Shown: positions 1 to 13,972 of the stretch, piece after piece
How positions within the stretch are numbered: position 1 is the stretch's first letter
Layout: the number at the start of each line of letters is the position of its first letter
From: Squalus acanthias
Taxonomy: Eukaryota
Reading direction: 5' to 3'
DNA length: 64,000 nucleotides
Assembly (NCBI GenBank): GCA_030390025.1
Contig: CM059427.1
Coordinates: 186,310,001-186,374,000, forward strand
Position numbers and translations under genes: made by a program
The notes under the pieces: generated by a model
Told to the model about the DNA's origin: nothing
What the model saw: only the letters and a program-made list of their open reading frames with translations
Databases searched by the model: none

Positions 1-644
1 ATGGGGTTGCAAGTGATTTCTTAGATCCCATATATTTTCCACCTATTAAAATGTAGAAAACAATTAAATTAAACACTGTACTAATGATAATTGCTCAGTT
101 GCTATTGTGGAAAAGGCTTCTCCAGATTGTACTCCTTCCTTACTCCTTTTTTTACTACTTTTTTTTTTAAACACAGAAATCAGAGTGTTAGGTGATTATG
201 GTTCCTTTGTTTTGAAATATTACGGTACCAGAAAGCTGCCCCATTCATTCTCCTGACATTGAATCGTGCAGTAGTGCACGCTCGCACATGGAGAGGCTGG
301 CCAGCAATGGGGGAGAGCCTCAGATCCATATTCAGCTTGTTAATCTTTATTGGAGTGTTACATTATAACTACTCTTAAAGGTAAACAACAACTCCAGCAG
401 CTTAATGTATTTTAATAAGCAGCAGCCCTTCTCCAGTATTGAAAGATATATATAACAGAAACTGCTAGAATGCTACAAAAAGGGACTATGAATATGAAAT
501 GCCAGAATAACACAGCACAGCAGAACCCCCATGCATCTGAAGTTGAAAATGTAGTTTAACGTCTTGTCTGGGACCCATCATTAGACCCATGAGTTGCATT
601 AAATGGTCCCAGCCTAAATGTAAACCTTTCTTTCTCTTTTACTT

Positions 645-865
645 TAGCTGCCGAGGCCCTAAGCTCTGGAATTCCCTTCCCTAAACCTCTCCGCCTCTCC
701 TCTCTTTCTCCTTCACGATGCTCCTTAAAAATAACCTCTTTGACCAAGCTTTTGGTCATCTGCCCTACTTATGTGGCTCGGTGTCAATTTTTTTGTTTTA
801 TAACACTCCTGTGAAGCGCCTTGGGACATTTTACTGTGTTAGAGATGCTATATATACACACAAGT
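645..865 (+). mobile_element. L2 LINE 3' end fragment
   Basis: ctctggaattccct...aaacctctccgcctctc...gtgaagcgccttgggac...gctatata 3' terminus, seen in several copies in this window. Confidence 0.65.
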
Positions 866-1548
866 TCGTGTTGTTTACGTACTGCTCAATCTGTTCTGCC
901 GTTCCAATTTCGATTTCTGTTTTCCAGCTTTAGCACTTAACTTTTATTAACCTTAACAATTGTGTTTTTCCTGCTAATTGTCTCCCTCCTCTCGCTCACC
1001 CTCCGCTACATTGCCCAGGTGAGTCTAGACAGCGATAAGCTAACCCAGAGGCCATTTGATAAGCAATCAGTAGCAGAAACCTTGACTGATTTTCTCTTCT
1101 CTAACGAAATGGGAGCAGAGACCACTTGTTACTCCTCCAGCCTCACCAACTAAGAGCAGCTCAGTAAGGGCCAGGGATTGAACCTGGCACTGTCCGGATC
1201 TGCCTTAAGCAGCTGAGCCTGGGTGTAAAGTTTAAGACCGTGTAGCATGATTGTCCTAATGAGCTCTGCCAATGAGTGTTAGGACGTAGGCGAGACTCTG
1301 CATTTCCACCTCAATCACAAGAGAAAACTGAATGAGAGTAAAGACTTTTGAAAGACCAAGCGTAAAATATCAGGTGAGAACCCTTCACTTCAGTAATTCC
1401 CACTCCTATACGTAAGAGCCAGATCAAGATTCGTTTTAACAGAGGTCTTAGATCAGGTTGTTTGTCCACTGTCTTAGCTGGCGAGAGGGCCAAAAATACC
1501 AATTGGACGAAAAAAACCTTTCTTTTGGCTATTTAGATTTTTGTAAGT

Positions 1549-4500
1549 AGAATCAAAGAATCATAGAAATTTACAGCACAGAAGAGGCCATTTGGCCCAT
1601 CGTGTTTATGCCGGCTGAAAAAGAGCTATCCAGCCTAATCTCACTTTCCAGCTCTTGGTCCACAGCCCTGTAGGTTACGACACTTTAAGTGCATATCCAA
1701 GTACTTTTTAAATGCGACAAGGGTTTCTGCCTCTTCCACCCTTTCAGACAGTGAGTTCCAGACCCCCACCACCCTCTGGGTGAAAAAAGTTCTCCTCAAC
1801 TCCCCTCTAATCCTTCTACCAATTACTTTAAATCTATGCCCCCCTGGTTATTGACCTCTCTGCTAAGGGAAATAGATCCTTCCAATTCACTCTATCTAGG
1901 CCCCTCATAATTTTATACACCTCAATCAAGTGTCCCCTCAACCTCCTCTGTTCCAAAGAAAACAACCCCAGCCTATCCAATCTTTCCTCATAGCTAAAAT
2001 TCCCCAGCCCAGGCAACATCCTCATAAATCTCCTCTGCACCCTCTCTAGTGCAATCACATCTTTCCTGTAATGTGGTGACCAGAACTGTACGCAGTACTC
2101 TAGCTGCGGTCTAACTAGTGTTTTATACAGTTCAAGTATAACCTCCCTGCTCTTATATTATATGTCTCAGCTAATAAAGGAAAGTATCCCGTATGCCTTC
2201 TTAACCACCTTATCTACCTGTCCTGCTACCTTCAGGGATGTGTGGACATGTACTCCAAGGTTCCTCTGTTCCTCTTCGCTTCTCAGTATCCTACCATTTA
2301 TTGTGTATTCCCTTGCCTTGTTAGCTCTTCCCAAATGCATTACATCATACTTCTCCAGATTGAATTCCATTTGCCACTTTACTGCCCACCTGACCAGTCC
2401 ATTGATATCTTCCTGCAGTCTACAGTTTTCTTCCTCACTATCAACCACACGCCCAATTTTTGTATCATCTGCAAACTTCTTAATCATGCCCCCTACATTA
2501 AAGTCTAAATCATTGATATATACCACAAAAAGCAAGGGACCTAGTACTGAGCCCTGTGTAACCCCACTGGAAACAGCCTTCCAGTCACAAAAACACCTGT
2601 CAACCATTACCCTTTGCTTCCTGCCACTCAGCCAATTTTGGATCCAGCTTGCCAGTTTTCCTTGGATCCCATGGGCTTTTACTTTACTGACCAGTCTGCC
2701 ACGTGGGATCTTGTCAAAAGCCTTGCTAAAATCCATGTAGACTACATCAAACGTACTACCCTCATCGACCCTCCTTGTTATATCCTCAAAAAATTCAATC
2801 AAGTTAGTCAGACACGACCTTCTCTTAACAAATCCATGCTGACTGTCCTTGATTAATCTGTGCCTTTCTAAATGACGATTAATGCTGTCCCTCAGAATTT
2901 TTCCAATAATTTGCCCACCACTGAGGTTAGGCTGACTGGCCTGTAATTATTGGTCTATCCCTTTCTCCCTTTTTAAACAATTGTACAATGTTAGCAGTCC
3001 TCCAGTCGTCCGGCACCGCACCTGTTGCCAGAGAGGATTGGAAATGATGGCCAGAGCCTGCGCTATTTCCTCCCTTGCTTCTCTTAACAGCCTGGGATAC
3101 ATTTCATCCAGACCTAGCGATTTATCCACTTTCAAAGATGCTAAACCCGTTAATATTTCCTCTCTCACTATGTTTATCTCATCTAATATTTCACACTCCT
3201 CCTCCTTAACTACAATGTTTACATTGTCGCTCTCTTTTGTGAAGACAGATGCAAAGTATTCATTAAGAACCATACCCATGTCTTCCGCTTCCACACACAG
3301 GTTATCTTTATGGTCCCTAATAAGCCCTACTCTTTCTTTAGTTATCCTCTTGCTCTTTATGTATTTATAAAACATCTTTGGGTTTTCCTTGATTTTACCC
3401 TTGCCAATATTTTTTCATGGCCTCTCTTTGCTTTCCTAATTTCCTTTTTAATTTCACCCCTACACTTTCTATACTCCTCTAGGCTTTCTGCAGTATTTAG
3501 TTCTTGGTATCTGACATAAGCGTCCCTTTTTTGCCTTATCCTACCCTGTATGCTCCTTGACATCCAGGGGGCTCTAGATTTGAGAATCTCACCCTTTTTC
3601 TTTGTGGGAACATATTTGCTCTGAACCCTTACTATCTACTCCTTGAATGCCTCCCACTGCGCTGACATTGATTTACCTTCAAGTAGCTGTTTCCAGTTCA
3701 CTTCTCCTAAATCACATCTCAGCTTAGTAAAATTAGCCTCTCCCCAATTGAAAACTTTTACTCCTGGTCTATCTTTGTCCTTTTCCATAACTACGCTAAA
3801 TCTAACTGAATTATGATCACTACCACCAAAATGCTCTCTCACTGAAACCCCTTCCACCTGCCCAGCTTCATTCCCTAAAACTAAGTCCAGAACCGCCCTC
3901 TCTCTAGTTGGGCTTGCTATGTACTGGCTAAAAAAGTTCTCCTAATTGCATTTTAAGAATTCTGCGCCCTCTATACCTTTTACACTGATTCTATCCCAGT
4001 TAATATTAGGGTAGTTAAAATTCCCTACTATTACTGCCCTATTATTTTAGCACTTCTCAGAAATTTGCCTACATATTTGCCTCTGACTGTTTGGGGGTCT
4101 ATAGTACACTCCCAGCAGTGTGATTGCCCCTTTTTGGTTCTTCAGTTCAACCCATATGGCCTCATTTGATGATCCTTCTAACACATCATCCCTCCTCACA
4201 GCTGTAATTGTTTCTTTAACCAATATTGCGATCTCCCCTCCTTTTTTATCTCCCTCTCTATCACGTCTGAAAATCCTGTAATCAGGAACATTGAGCTGCC
4301 TTCTTTCAGCCATGTTTCAATAATAGCTATGATATCATACTTCCACGTGTCTATCTGTGCCCTCAGCTCATCTGCCTTATTGACGAGACTCCTTCCATTG
4401 AAGTATAGACCATTAAGCACTGCCAAACCTCTTTGTTCTCTATTTTCTAGCCTTTGTTTACTTTGCCTTCCAAACTCACTTACTAATTTACTGCCATCCA

Positions 4501-4675
4501 TTTCCAGCTTTGCTTCTCTCTCTTCTAAATCTATGTTCAGGTTCCCATCCCCCTGCCAAGCTAGTTTAAACCCCCCCCCCCCACAGCAGCACCAGCAAAC
4601 CTCCCCGCAAGGATATTGGTCCCGGCCCTGTTGAGGTGCAACCCGTCCGGCTTGTACAGGTCCCTCCTCCCCCAC
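1549..4675 (-). mobile_element. CR1-clade LINE, 5'-truncated, degraded (end of ORF1, APE endonuclease, RT)
   Basis: ORF fragments YLDFSKAFD-like/QGSVLGP/FADD (2167-2802), GVYYRPP and SDHN endonuclease motifs (3636-4313), short-repeat tail near 1549-1570; broken by stops and frameshifts. Confidence 0.95.
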
Positions 4676-7024
4676 GGTATATGTATAAAGTGCCTTAAAG
4701 GTGCTGGGTTAGGAGGTTAAGCGGGTGAAATTGCTTTGACCAATATTTGTAATAAATGCTTGTATGATTTTTTTTCTGTGCACTTCAATGAAGCTATTTC
4801 TTTAAATGGCTGAACGAACATGTCAAAATATCTCGCGTAGGAATATCATCTGAGATATTGTTGAAAACAATCTCACTCCACAAGAGTCTTATAGACTGTT
4901 TATTTATAAGGAGAGGAGGGTGTGAGGACTGATGTGATAAATTAATCATTTATTGCAGATAAATCCTCCCTGCACTGGGAACTTACTGTGACTTCCAATG
5001 TGGCAGCGCGACAGCTGAGATTTTCCGATAGGCTGTTCCTGGCAGTTCCCGATATTGGATCACCTCAAAAGTTCCCTCGGAAGGTGATAACATCTCTTTA
5101 ACGTATACTGCACCTTGTTGTGTGAATTGTATATTCATCAAGGTAAAAATACCTGTGCTCATCAAAATGTTAGACCCCAAATTGGTCCTAAATTAGTAAC
5201 CTGACTCAGATAGACTATAAGAATGGCTGGTGTAGGAAATTAAAAAATTCACATTGGTGCAATTAAGGAAAATGTTCTAAGGTTGGGATTAATACGCATT
5301 GTTGGAAAAGTGTAGTGGAGGTTTAACTCTAATCTGAAAATGACTCACTAATGTTTGATCTTGCGTCACTTACATTAGTGAACACAATATCCCTACCCTT
5401 ATTATTAAGAATGAAAAAACATAGAAAATGTGCCTCAGAAAATATGGTTGAGAAACAACCTTTTATCACTGGAAAGAGTTGAAACAGGAACGTCTGTCCG
5501 GACTAACCTCTTCACCTCTGAAGAGTAAGGAGAATTCTGTTCATGGATAGAAAGAAAGACTTGCATTTACATAGCGCCTTTCACAACCACCGGATGTCTC
5601 AAAGCGCTTTACAGCCAATGAAGTACTTTTGAAGTGGAGTCACTGTTGTAAAGTGGGAGGCACTAAATAGGTGTATGTCATGATCTATGGAAAACATTGT
5701 AGCTGAGCTGTAAATAAAAATGCTATTCTGTGCTGTCTAGCACTGAAACGGACTGTTTGTAACCACAACATCCTGTTCAATCCTGAGCTGAGCTTCTGAC
5801 CCTAATGTACTCGTCATCACAAAGACTGCCTACTTCCACCTCTGTAACATCGCCCGTCTGTCGCTGTAAATCTCATCTATTTCTTTGTCACTTCCAGACT
5901 GGACTATTCCTTCGCTCGCCTTCCATCCTCCATCCTCTGTAAACCCCAGCTCATCCAAAGGAGGAGGAGGAAGAGACAGAGGTTCACCAGCATTCTGCTC
6001 TTTGAATCCAGTTGAGAAGGTGTTCTGGATCAAGTCCATAGATGTAGTGGAAGGACCACGGGTCCAATGTTAAATAAAACTAACGCAAATGATTCAGAAA
6101 GTGCCTGAAATGCTCAGCTCAGTTAAATAGACAATATTGTACATTTATTAGTCTGATATTGGTGTAAAATGCAGGTTGTATGTCTAGCACACAGTTCAAT
6201 ATATAACATAATTTGGAGCCACTTTGACATTGGTTCAATCATTTGTATGTTTGTATTGTCCTGGAGAGGGTTTCTAAATGTTAGAAACACAACAAAGCAG
6301 CTGAATGTCCAATATCTTCCAGGAATGATTGGTAGGATTGTTTTGTCTGTGGCCATTAAGGGGCTATGACTGGTATCTGTCCAGCTACTATGAATGCTCA
6401 CCACATCCATTATAATATCATTTTACACTATTGCCACTAAGTTGACCTGTCCAATGGATCATAAAATGCAATCATTCAAATTAAGTAGCTTAATAATTGT
6501 AACGAGCCCTCTTGAATTCTGTTAATGACTGCGATTTATGTTCTACTGACAATCACTGATAAAAAACGGCTTAATGAACCACACTAGAAAGGCATCAGTT
6601 TCATGTTTCAATAAAATAATTCATTAAAAGATAGGAGGAAATCACTTACTGAAAAAATACATTTATTCCAATCAAGTGGGCATTGAAGTCTGAGATTAAA
6701 AACGCCCCATCCGCCTAAAGATATTAATTAAATCTTCTCAACAAAAAGAGATGCAGAGGATTGAAGAAAGCACCTGAATGCCCTGAAAAGACTGGAAAGG
6801 GTTAAGCTGACTCATTGTTTAAAGGGCAAGAGTGGAGCTGTGTCAACAAAAAGGTTATTGTTTGCTGCAGAAAAAATGTGGCTCTGTTTGTGATTCAGAT
6901 TTGAAGAGCAGGACACACCCATCAAGTCCTCAGACTCTGCTAAAAAATGTTTTTCCATTACACTGAATGAAATTCTATTGCAGTTATATTTTGTCACTCA
7001 CTGTCCAAAACTATCAAACAATAA

Positions 7025-7715
7025 TAACAACAGCTTGCATTTATATAGCACCTTAAACATAGCAAAACATGTCCCAAGGTGCTTCACAAGAGTGTTATCA
7101 ATCAAAATTTGACACCGAGCCCAAGAAGGAGATATCAGGACAGATGGCCTAAAGCTTGGTCAAAGTGGTAGGCTTTATGGAGCGTCTTAAAGGAGGAGAG
7201 AGAAGTAGAGAGGCGGAGAGGTTTAGGGAGGGAATTCCAGAGCTTAGGACCCAGGCAGCTGAAAGCACAGCCTCCAATGGTGCAACGATGGAAATTAGGG
7301 ATGCGCAAGATGCCAGCATTGGAGGAGCACAGAGATCTCGAAGACTTGTAGGGCTGGAGCAGGGAGTGGTGAGGCCATGGAGGGATTTGAAAACAAGGAT
7401 GAGAATTTTAAAATTGAGGCGTTGCCGGATCGGAAACCAATTTAGGTCAGGAAGCACAGAGGTGATGGGCGAACGGGACTTGGTGCAAGTTAAGATACGG
7501 GCAGCAGAGTTTTGGATGAGCACAGTTTATGGAGGGTGGAAGATGGGAGGCCGGCCAGGAGAGCATTGAAATAGTCCAGTCTAGAGGTAACAAAGGCATG
7601 GATGAGGGTTTCAGCAGCAGATGAGCTGAGGCAGGGATGGAGTCAGACGATGTTACGGAGGTGGAAATAGGCGGCCTTGGTGATGAGGCGGGTAAGTGGT
7701 CAGAAGCTCATCTCG
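7025..7715 (-). mobile_element. L2 LINE 3' fragment
   Basis: ORF 7149-7523 IQNSAARILT...ITSVLPDLNW.PIRQRLNFKILILVFKSLHG, typical L2 ORF2 C-terminus; caa-rich tail. Confidence 0.85.
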
Positions 7716-8699
7716 ATGAAAACCTTGAACTAGTTTGCCATTCATTGGTGACTGGCTCCCTCTGTTGGATTCAGAATGACAGCTCACTCTTTGAAAAGAA
7801 TTTCTTACCTTTAGCAATGGAGCCAAGCTGTATGGAAACGCAAAGAAGGTTCTCGTCCTCTATTCCTTTCAGTGCAGGAATTCAGTTGTGTCATTGTGGA
7901 TTGATTTGTGGGAACCATTGCTTTATGCTGTGTGCCCAGCATTGGCATTGATCTCCTAATACTTTAGTTGTCGTACGTAACGCAATTAGGACTGACAACC
8001 TGGATACAACACCACCAGCTTGCATTTCTATAGCGCCTTTAACACAGTAAAACATCCCAAGGCGCTTCACATGAGCGTTATCAGACAGAAATTGACACTG
8101 AGCCAAAGAAGGCGATATTAGCACAGGTGATGAAATGCTTGGCCAAAGAGGTAGGTCTTAAAGGAGGAGAGACAAAGAGGTTTGGGGAGGGAATTCCGGA
8201 GTGTAGGGCCCAGACAGTGGTACTGTGCACCCTTATTTCTTTGCAGATGCTGAAAAAAACAATATACCAGCTCATGTGATAGTGGTGGTGGTGATTTGGG
8301 AGCGGGGGGAGGAGCCATTCATTATGCATTGTTGTCATTATTTTATGTTTGAATCTCCCCAGCTTTGGGAGGTAGGGTCCCTTTAATTGATGATGAATTA
8401 TCTCTCTTCCCACCACAGTGCAAGAATTGCAGCTGAACAAAAGTACCTCACAAATTAACTCATGATTTGCTTATTTATCTAATGTCTCAAAATATTTTGA
8501 GACCAAACAATTTAGTGGGGCATAAGATTGTTCACAGTGCTGTGCTTCGCACTAATGCTAATAGTGAATATTTCATCAAATTCTGTGCCAGTGTAATACT
8601 TTAAAAAGGTCGAAACATGCCCTCTGGATTTTCTTACATGTTTTCTAGGTGAGCTGAGGACCATAGTCTGAGGGTGAATATCTGTAACCAGGGCCCCAT

Positions 8700-9095
8700 G
8701 ACCCCTGTGCTCGCTGACCTACATTAGCTGACAACACCTCAATTTTAAAATTCTCATCCTTGTTGTCAAATGCCTCCATGGCCTTACTCCTCACTATCTC
8801 TGTAGCCTTCTCCAGCCCTACAACCCTCTGAGGTCTCTGCGCTCCTCCAATTCTGGCCTCTTCCGCATCCTCGATTTTTATCACTCTACCATTAGCGGCT
8901 GTGCCTTCAGCTGCCTGGGACCTAGGCTCTGGAATTCCCTCCCTAAACCTCCCTACCTCTCTCCTCCTCCTTTTAAGATGCCCTTAAAACCTACCTCTTT
9001 GACCAAGCTTTTGGCCACCTGTCCTAATATCTCCTTATGTGGCTAGGTATAAAAATTTGCATGATAACGCTATATAAATGCAAGTTATTGTTGTT
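8700..9095 (+). mobile_element. L2 LINE 3' fragment
   Basis: Reverse-complement similarity to the 7025-7715 copy; ends gctatataaatgcaagttattgttgttg. Confidence 0.75.
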
Positions 9096-10477
9096 GAATG
9101 CACAAGAATCTCCAGTCACGTGATCGTGCGATCAGGTGGCATCTTTTTCCATGAGTTTGAGTGCTATTCACTCCTAGACTGAGTGAAGAAATATGGGGTG
9201 GCAAAGGGACTCAGTGTTATCAGAGAGCTTGTACGTGGGGTTCTCCCAATCTACTGCCGTAGCTTTGGGGGAGCTCCTGGAGAATTGGCATAAATGGCTG
9301 CTTTTATCCATTTATCCTGTTTCTCTGGTGGTTCTGCCAATCTTCTGCCCAAGTTACAGCAGTAGATCATGAGAAATAGGAGCAGGAGTAGGCCATTCGG
9401 CCCCTCGACCCAGGAGAACCCCAGAAATTCCAGGAGAATGAAGTTAAAGACACAATGATAGACTGGTGAAATGATAACAAAAAACACTGTTACATAGTTC
9501 ATGAACATTTCATGTTTAGGGAGTATGTTTTCCACCTTTCAATAGTGTTAGTGGTAAAGTTCGACATGAGGCTAAAGCAAATTTCCCCATTTCTACTCAT
9601 GCTGAAATTTTTGCTAAGATTTTCTAAGAGCGAGCACACCCCATAGTGTATGTAATCCTATCAATGGTCCCTGAGAGCTTGGTAGATAAGGTAATTACCC
9701 AGTGTGCAACTGGGCCAAAGAGACCAAGAAGGGGTTGGGATTGGTCATTGGCCTGTACTAAGTTAACGAGTCACAGCTCAGTGCCAAGTTTTCATTTACT
9801 ACCACCAACTAAATGAACCCATCCAATCTGAGGTAAGGTGAAATTATTTAAGCTTACTATCGTTACCAGCAGAAATAAGCCACTTGACCCATGTAAATGG
9901 CCTGCTGGTAAAGGAAGTCGGGCGGTGAAAGATAGTCCAGATGTTAGTGCCCACTAGAGTGGGCATACCAAGCTGCTCAGTTGTAAACAATTTACAACGC
10001 TTTCTCAGATTAACTGGGGCTGGGCATTAAACATGACCTTGCCAGTGTTACCGCACCCTAAGAACAAACAAAAAGCAAAGAACGGCCTGGTGAACTGAAT
10101 GGTTCTAAAGGTCATTTTGTTTATTGATAACACATTTTAAAAACAGGAAAGGAAGCATGCACTATTTAGTGCAGAAATAACGTTACTGAGCGATTCAATC
10201 AATGTCCATATTTGCAATCGATATTGAAGAGTGTGCAAAATTTGTAGAGGTTTGTAGCAATCAAGTGCACAATCCAAAAAGTGAAACTGCAACAGAAAGT
10301 TAAAAAGTACTGCACAGGAAGGCCAAAACCCACCAAGGAAATACAAGCCGGTAAAATCATTACAAAACTGCTCGAGCTAAAGGACCAAGAACAACAACAG
10401 TTCCTTATCAGAACCGCCTGCTGAATCTGATGAGTGATTCTATTTGTTATTTTTTGTGAACAGACTTGTATTACCTT

Positions 10478-10865
10478 GATTAAGGGGTGATCTAATTCAG
10501 GTATTTAAGATGATTAAAGGATTTGATAGGATTGATAGAGAGAAACTATTTCCTCTTCTGTGGGAGTTCAGAACAAGGGGACATAACCTTCAAATTAGAG
10601 CTAGGCCATTCGGGGTGATGACAGGAAGCACTTCTTCACACCAAAGGTAGTGGAAATCTCAAACTCGCTCCCCCAAAAAAGCTGTTGAGGCTGGGGGTCA
10701 ATTGAAAACTTCAAACTGAGATTGATAGATTTTTGTTAGGCAAGGGTGTTGAAGGATATGGAACCAAGGCAGGTAGATGGAGTTAAGATACAGATCAGCC
10801 ATGCCCTAATTGAATGGCGGAACAGGCTTGAGGGGTTGAATGACTTACTCCTCTTCCTATGTTCC
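10478..10865 (+). mobile_element. CR1 LINE 3' fragment
   Basis: ttaaggggtgatctaatt...ttcttcacac...cagatcagccatg...ctcctcttcctatgttcc CR1 3' end. Confidence 0.75.
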
Positions 10866-11458
10866 GAAGTCATATCAAAGCAACGTTTTGAAAGTCTTCT
10901 CTGTTATACGTGTCAACAGTATGCTCTTATCCTGTATCATTTGCTGTGCTTCAGTACGTATGTTAATCAGTGGGTTCTCTATTTTCAGCGACAGTCTTAA
11001 TGTAGGCACTTCAGGACTTTGTGAATAGTTCAAATAATATTATGACTCAATTAGTAAGACTCCATTCCTGGTGTGGAGCCTTGCTCCACAGAAGCACAGA
11101 TTGGAGAATTGGGCTGGGAGGTCATTACACCCACTTCACTATGTACCTGATTCTCCAGTCTGCGCTCTTGTTGAGTGAGACTCCATTCTGATTGGGGTTG
11201 TAATGTAGACAGTCTCAAGCACCTCCACAGATGAATCAATCGCCAATCGCCAATCCCAAAGACAAGAGCAATGTGGTTACACATAATGACATGGCTAACC
11301 AGGGGGAAGAAGTAGCTCCACATGCCACAGGATATGGGTCGGAGAAAATTACCTACGTTAGTGAATGGCGGGGGGCATTATACCTCTGGCTGCATCTTCT
11401 TTGGATTGTGCCGTATAAGTTGGAGTATTTCCCATTAAATAACAAAGACCATTTTCCT

Positions 11459-11792
11459 AAATAACAACAGAAAATGCTGGAAATACTCAGCAGGTCAGGC
11501 AGCATCCATGGAGAGAGAAACAGAGTTAACGTTTCAGGTCTGTGACCCTTCGTCAGAACTGGAAAAAGTTAGAGATGTAACAGGTTTTAAGCAAGTGTAG
11601 GGGCAGGGCAAGGGGGAGGGGAGGAAAGAACAAAAGGGAAGGTCTGTGATAAGATGGAAGGCAGGAATAAATGTTGCAAATGGGGATGGCAGAATCATCA
11701 ACAGCTGCCGCCTGAAAAAATAGGGGCAGAGGTTATGGTCTGAAATTGTTGAACTCAATGTTGAGTCCAGAAGGCTGTAAAGTGCCTAATAG
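11459..11792 (-). mobile_element. Penelope-like element 3' end (family 1) with hammerhead motif
   Basis: Flanked by 15-bp direct repeat aaagaccattttcct (11444-11458 / 11793-11807); minus strand encodes LGTLQPSGLNIEFNNFR as in the 43030 copy; CTGACGA..GAAACGTT motif near 11524-11560. Confidence 0.8.
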
Positions 11793-12022
11793 AAAGACCA
11801 TTTTCCTGCAGCTTGAGGTTGTATAAAATATCCCTTCAAGGCTATGGCTCAGCTACTTCCTGTAGGGAGCTGGTTTAGGCACATTCTGAAGTCAATTAGA
11901 GGCTGATTCATGTTGCCGAGGGGAGGTTCTTTAGATTGGCAGGTGTTGATAAATCCCTAGCTCCAAGCCTTGGGGAGAGCCCAGGTTATGAAGGTCAGAA
12001 GAAACCAGCAGTAAGACTATTC

Positions 12023-12845
12023 CTGGCAGCTGTCCTTCATTCTGCCAGTGCATTTCACACTTCTTTTAGCCTCAACCTGTCACATTAACACCTCCTCTTG
12101 CCTTGATCATCTCCACAGATCTCTGAAGGTTGCCACTCAAGTGGAAAGAGCAGTAAAGAAGGCCTATGGTGTGTTGGCGTTTATTAACAGAGGGTTTGAG
12201 TTTAAGAACCGTGAGGTTATGCTGCAACTGTACAGGACCTTGGTGAGACCACATTTGGAATATTGTGTGCAGTTCTGGTCACCTCACTATAGGAAGGACG
12301 TGGAAGCATTGGAAAGAGTGCAAAGGAGATTTACCAGGATGCTGCCTGGTTTGGGGGGGAGGTCTTATGAGGAAAGATTGAGGGAGTTGGGGCTTTTCTC
12401 TTTAGAGCGGAGGAGGATGAGAGGCGACTTAATAGAGGTTTATAAGATGATGAGGGGGATAGATAGAGTGGATGTTCAGAGACTATTTCCTCGGGTAGAG
12501 GCAGCTGTTACAAGGGGGCATAACTATAAGGTGCATGGGGGGAGATATAGAAGGGATGTCCGAGGTAGATTCTTTACTCAGAGAGTAGTTGGGGTGTGGA
12601 ATGGACTGCCTGCTAATGTCTCTTAATCTCTCCTTTTGTTCTTTCATCCCCTCCCCCTTTTCCCAGCTTTATCCTTGCTTTAAATCTATTTCATTTCCTG
12701 CTTTTTTCCAGTTCTGACGAAAGGTCTTCGACCTGAAATGTTAACTCTGTTTCTCTCTCCACGGATGCTGCCTGGCCTGCTGAGTTTTTCCAGCGTTTTC
12801 TGTTGTTATTTCGGATTTCCAGCATCCGCAGTATTTTGCTATCGT
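12023..12845 (+). mobile_element. Penelope-like element 3' end (family 1) with nested CR1 fragment
   Basis: Similar to 43316-43640; flanked by agtaaga(c/t)tattc at 12010-12022 and 12846-12858; hammerhead-like motif at about 12710-12746. Confidence 0.75.
12105..12612 (+). mobile_element. CR1 ORF2 C-terminal fragment nested in the Penelope remnant
   Basis: ORF 12048-12626 LYRTLVRPHLEYCVQFWSP...FFTQRVV..WN.LP. Confidence 0.9.
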
Positions 12846-13499
12846 AGTAAGATTATTCAGTTGTGACTAATCAGGTGCAAGTGTGACATACAGTTTGATG
12901 GTATGACAAAGTGTGATGCTTTCAAGTGTAATATGTTGATGTGAGATACTTTGGGGTATGATGGACATGTGCAGATTCAAAACTTGTAGATATGTACAGA
13001 TACAGATACACGCAATGCAGTATATTCAACATGATTGACACCAAAATATGTTATTTATTTTTGTAAATGCTCTATAGAATTAAGAGAAAATACTGGAAAT
13101 CCACAGCTGGTCCATCAGCATCTGAAAAGAGTATAGGCTCTTTGTCTCAACTCTCTAGAAGCGTTAATCTGTTTTTTCTCTTCACAGATGACGAGACGCC
13201 TATTTCTTCAAGAGTGACACTGGGATGGAGGACTATAAAAGTTGAAGAAAAACAATTTTTCTTTAAGAGTGAGGCTGGGGGGTGCAGGGTAAACAGCAAA
13301 CAACTGTCTGTTCTACAAATTTGTAAATTAATTCATTTACGTTGCTTTGTAGAGTTTCCAACGTTTCCTTTCTCCACAGGTGACTGAATCGCAGGAGAAG
13401 GCTGCCAGGAAGATGATTAATTGCATTTTTAAGTGAGTGGCTCCCTCTGCAGGATTTCAACTTAAAGTGCACCTTAATTGCTTTTCAACAAAAGACCTC

Positions 13500-13780
13500 C
13501 TAGAACATAAGAACATAAGAAATAGAAGCAGGAGTAGGCCATATAGCTCCTCGAGCCTGCTCCGCCATTCAATAAGATCATGGCTGCTCTTATACCTCAA
13601 CTCCACTTTCCCGCCCTATCTTCATATCCCTTGATTCCTTTAGCGTACAAAAATCTATCGATCTCAGTCTTGAATATACTCAATGACTGAGCATCCACAG
13701 CCATCTGGGGTAGAGAATTTCAAAGATTCACAACCCTCTGAGTAAAGAAATTTTGCCTCATCTTATTCCTAAATGGCCAG
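13500..13780 (-). mobile_element. CR1 LINE 3' fragment
   Basis: (aacataag)n tail followed by gcaggagtaggccat... CR1 3' UTR in reverse. Confidence 0.75.
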
Positions 13781-13972
13781 CATGATAAACCCCTTCGAAT
13801 CTAGCACAGCTCCCGCCATGTACATGATAAACTGGTTTTAAAGGAAGTAGCTGAGTGAATTGCGGATGCTTTAGCCATAATCTTCCAAAGTTCTCTCATA
13901 GAATCATAGGAACATAGAATCTTACAGCACAGAATGAGGCCATTCGGCCCGTCGTGCCTGTGCCGACACTTT

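Noticed and set aside
4959-5141. Possible exon with an Ig-like EGDNISLT peptide between ag and gt sites
   Set aside because: All three frames contain stops; no Ig Cys/Trp pattern and no partner exons.
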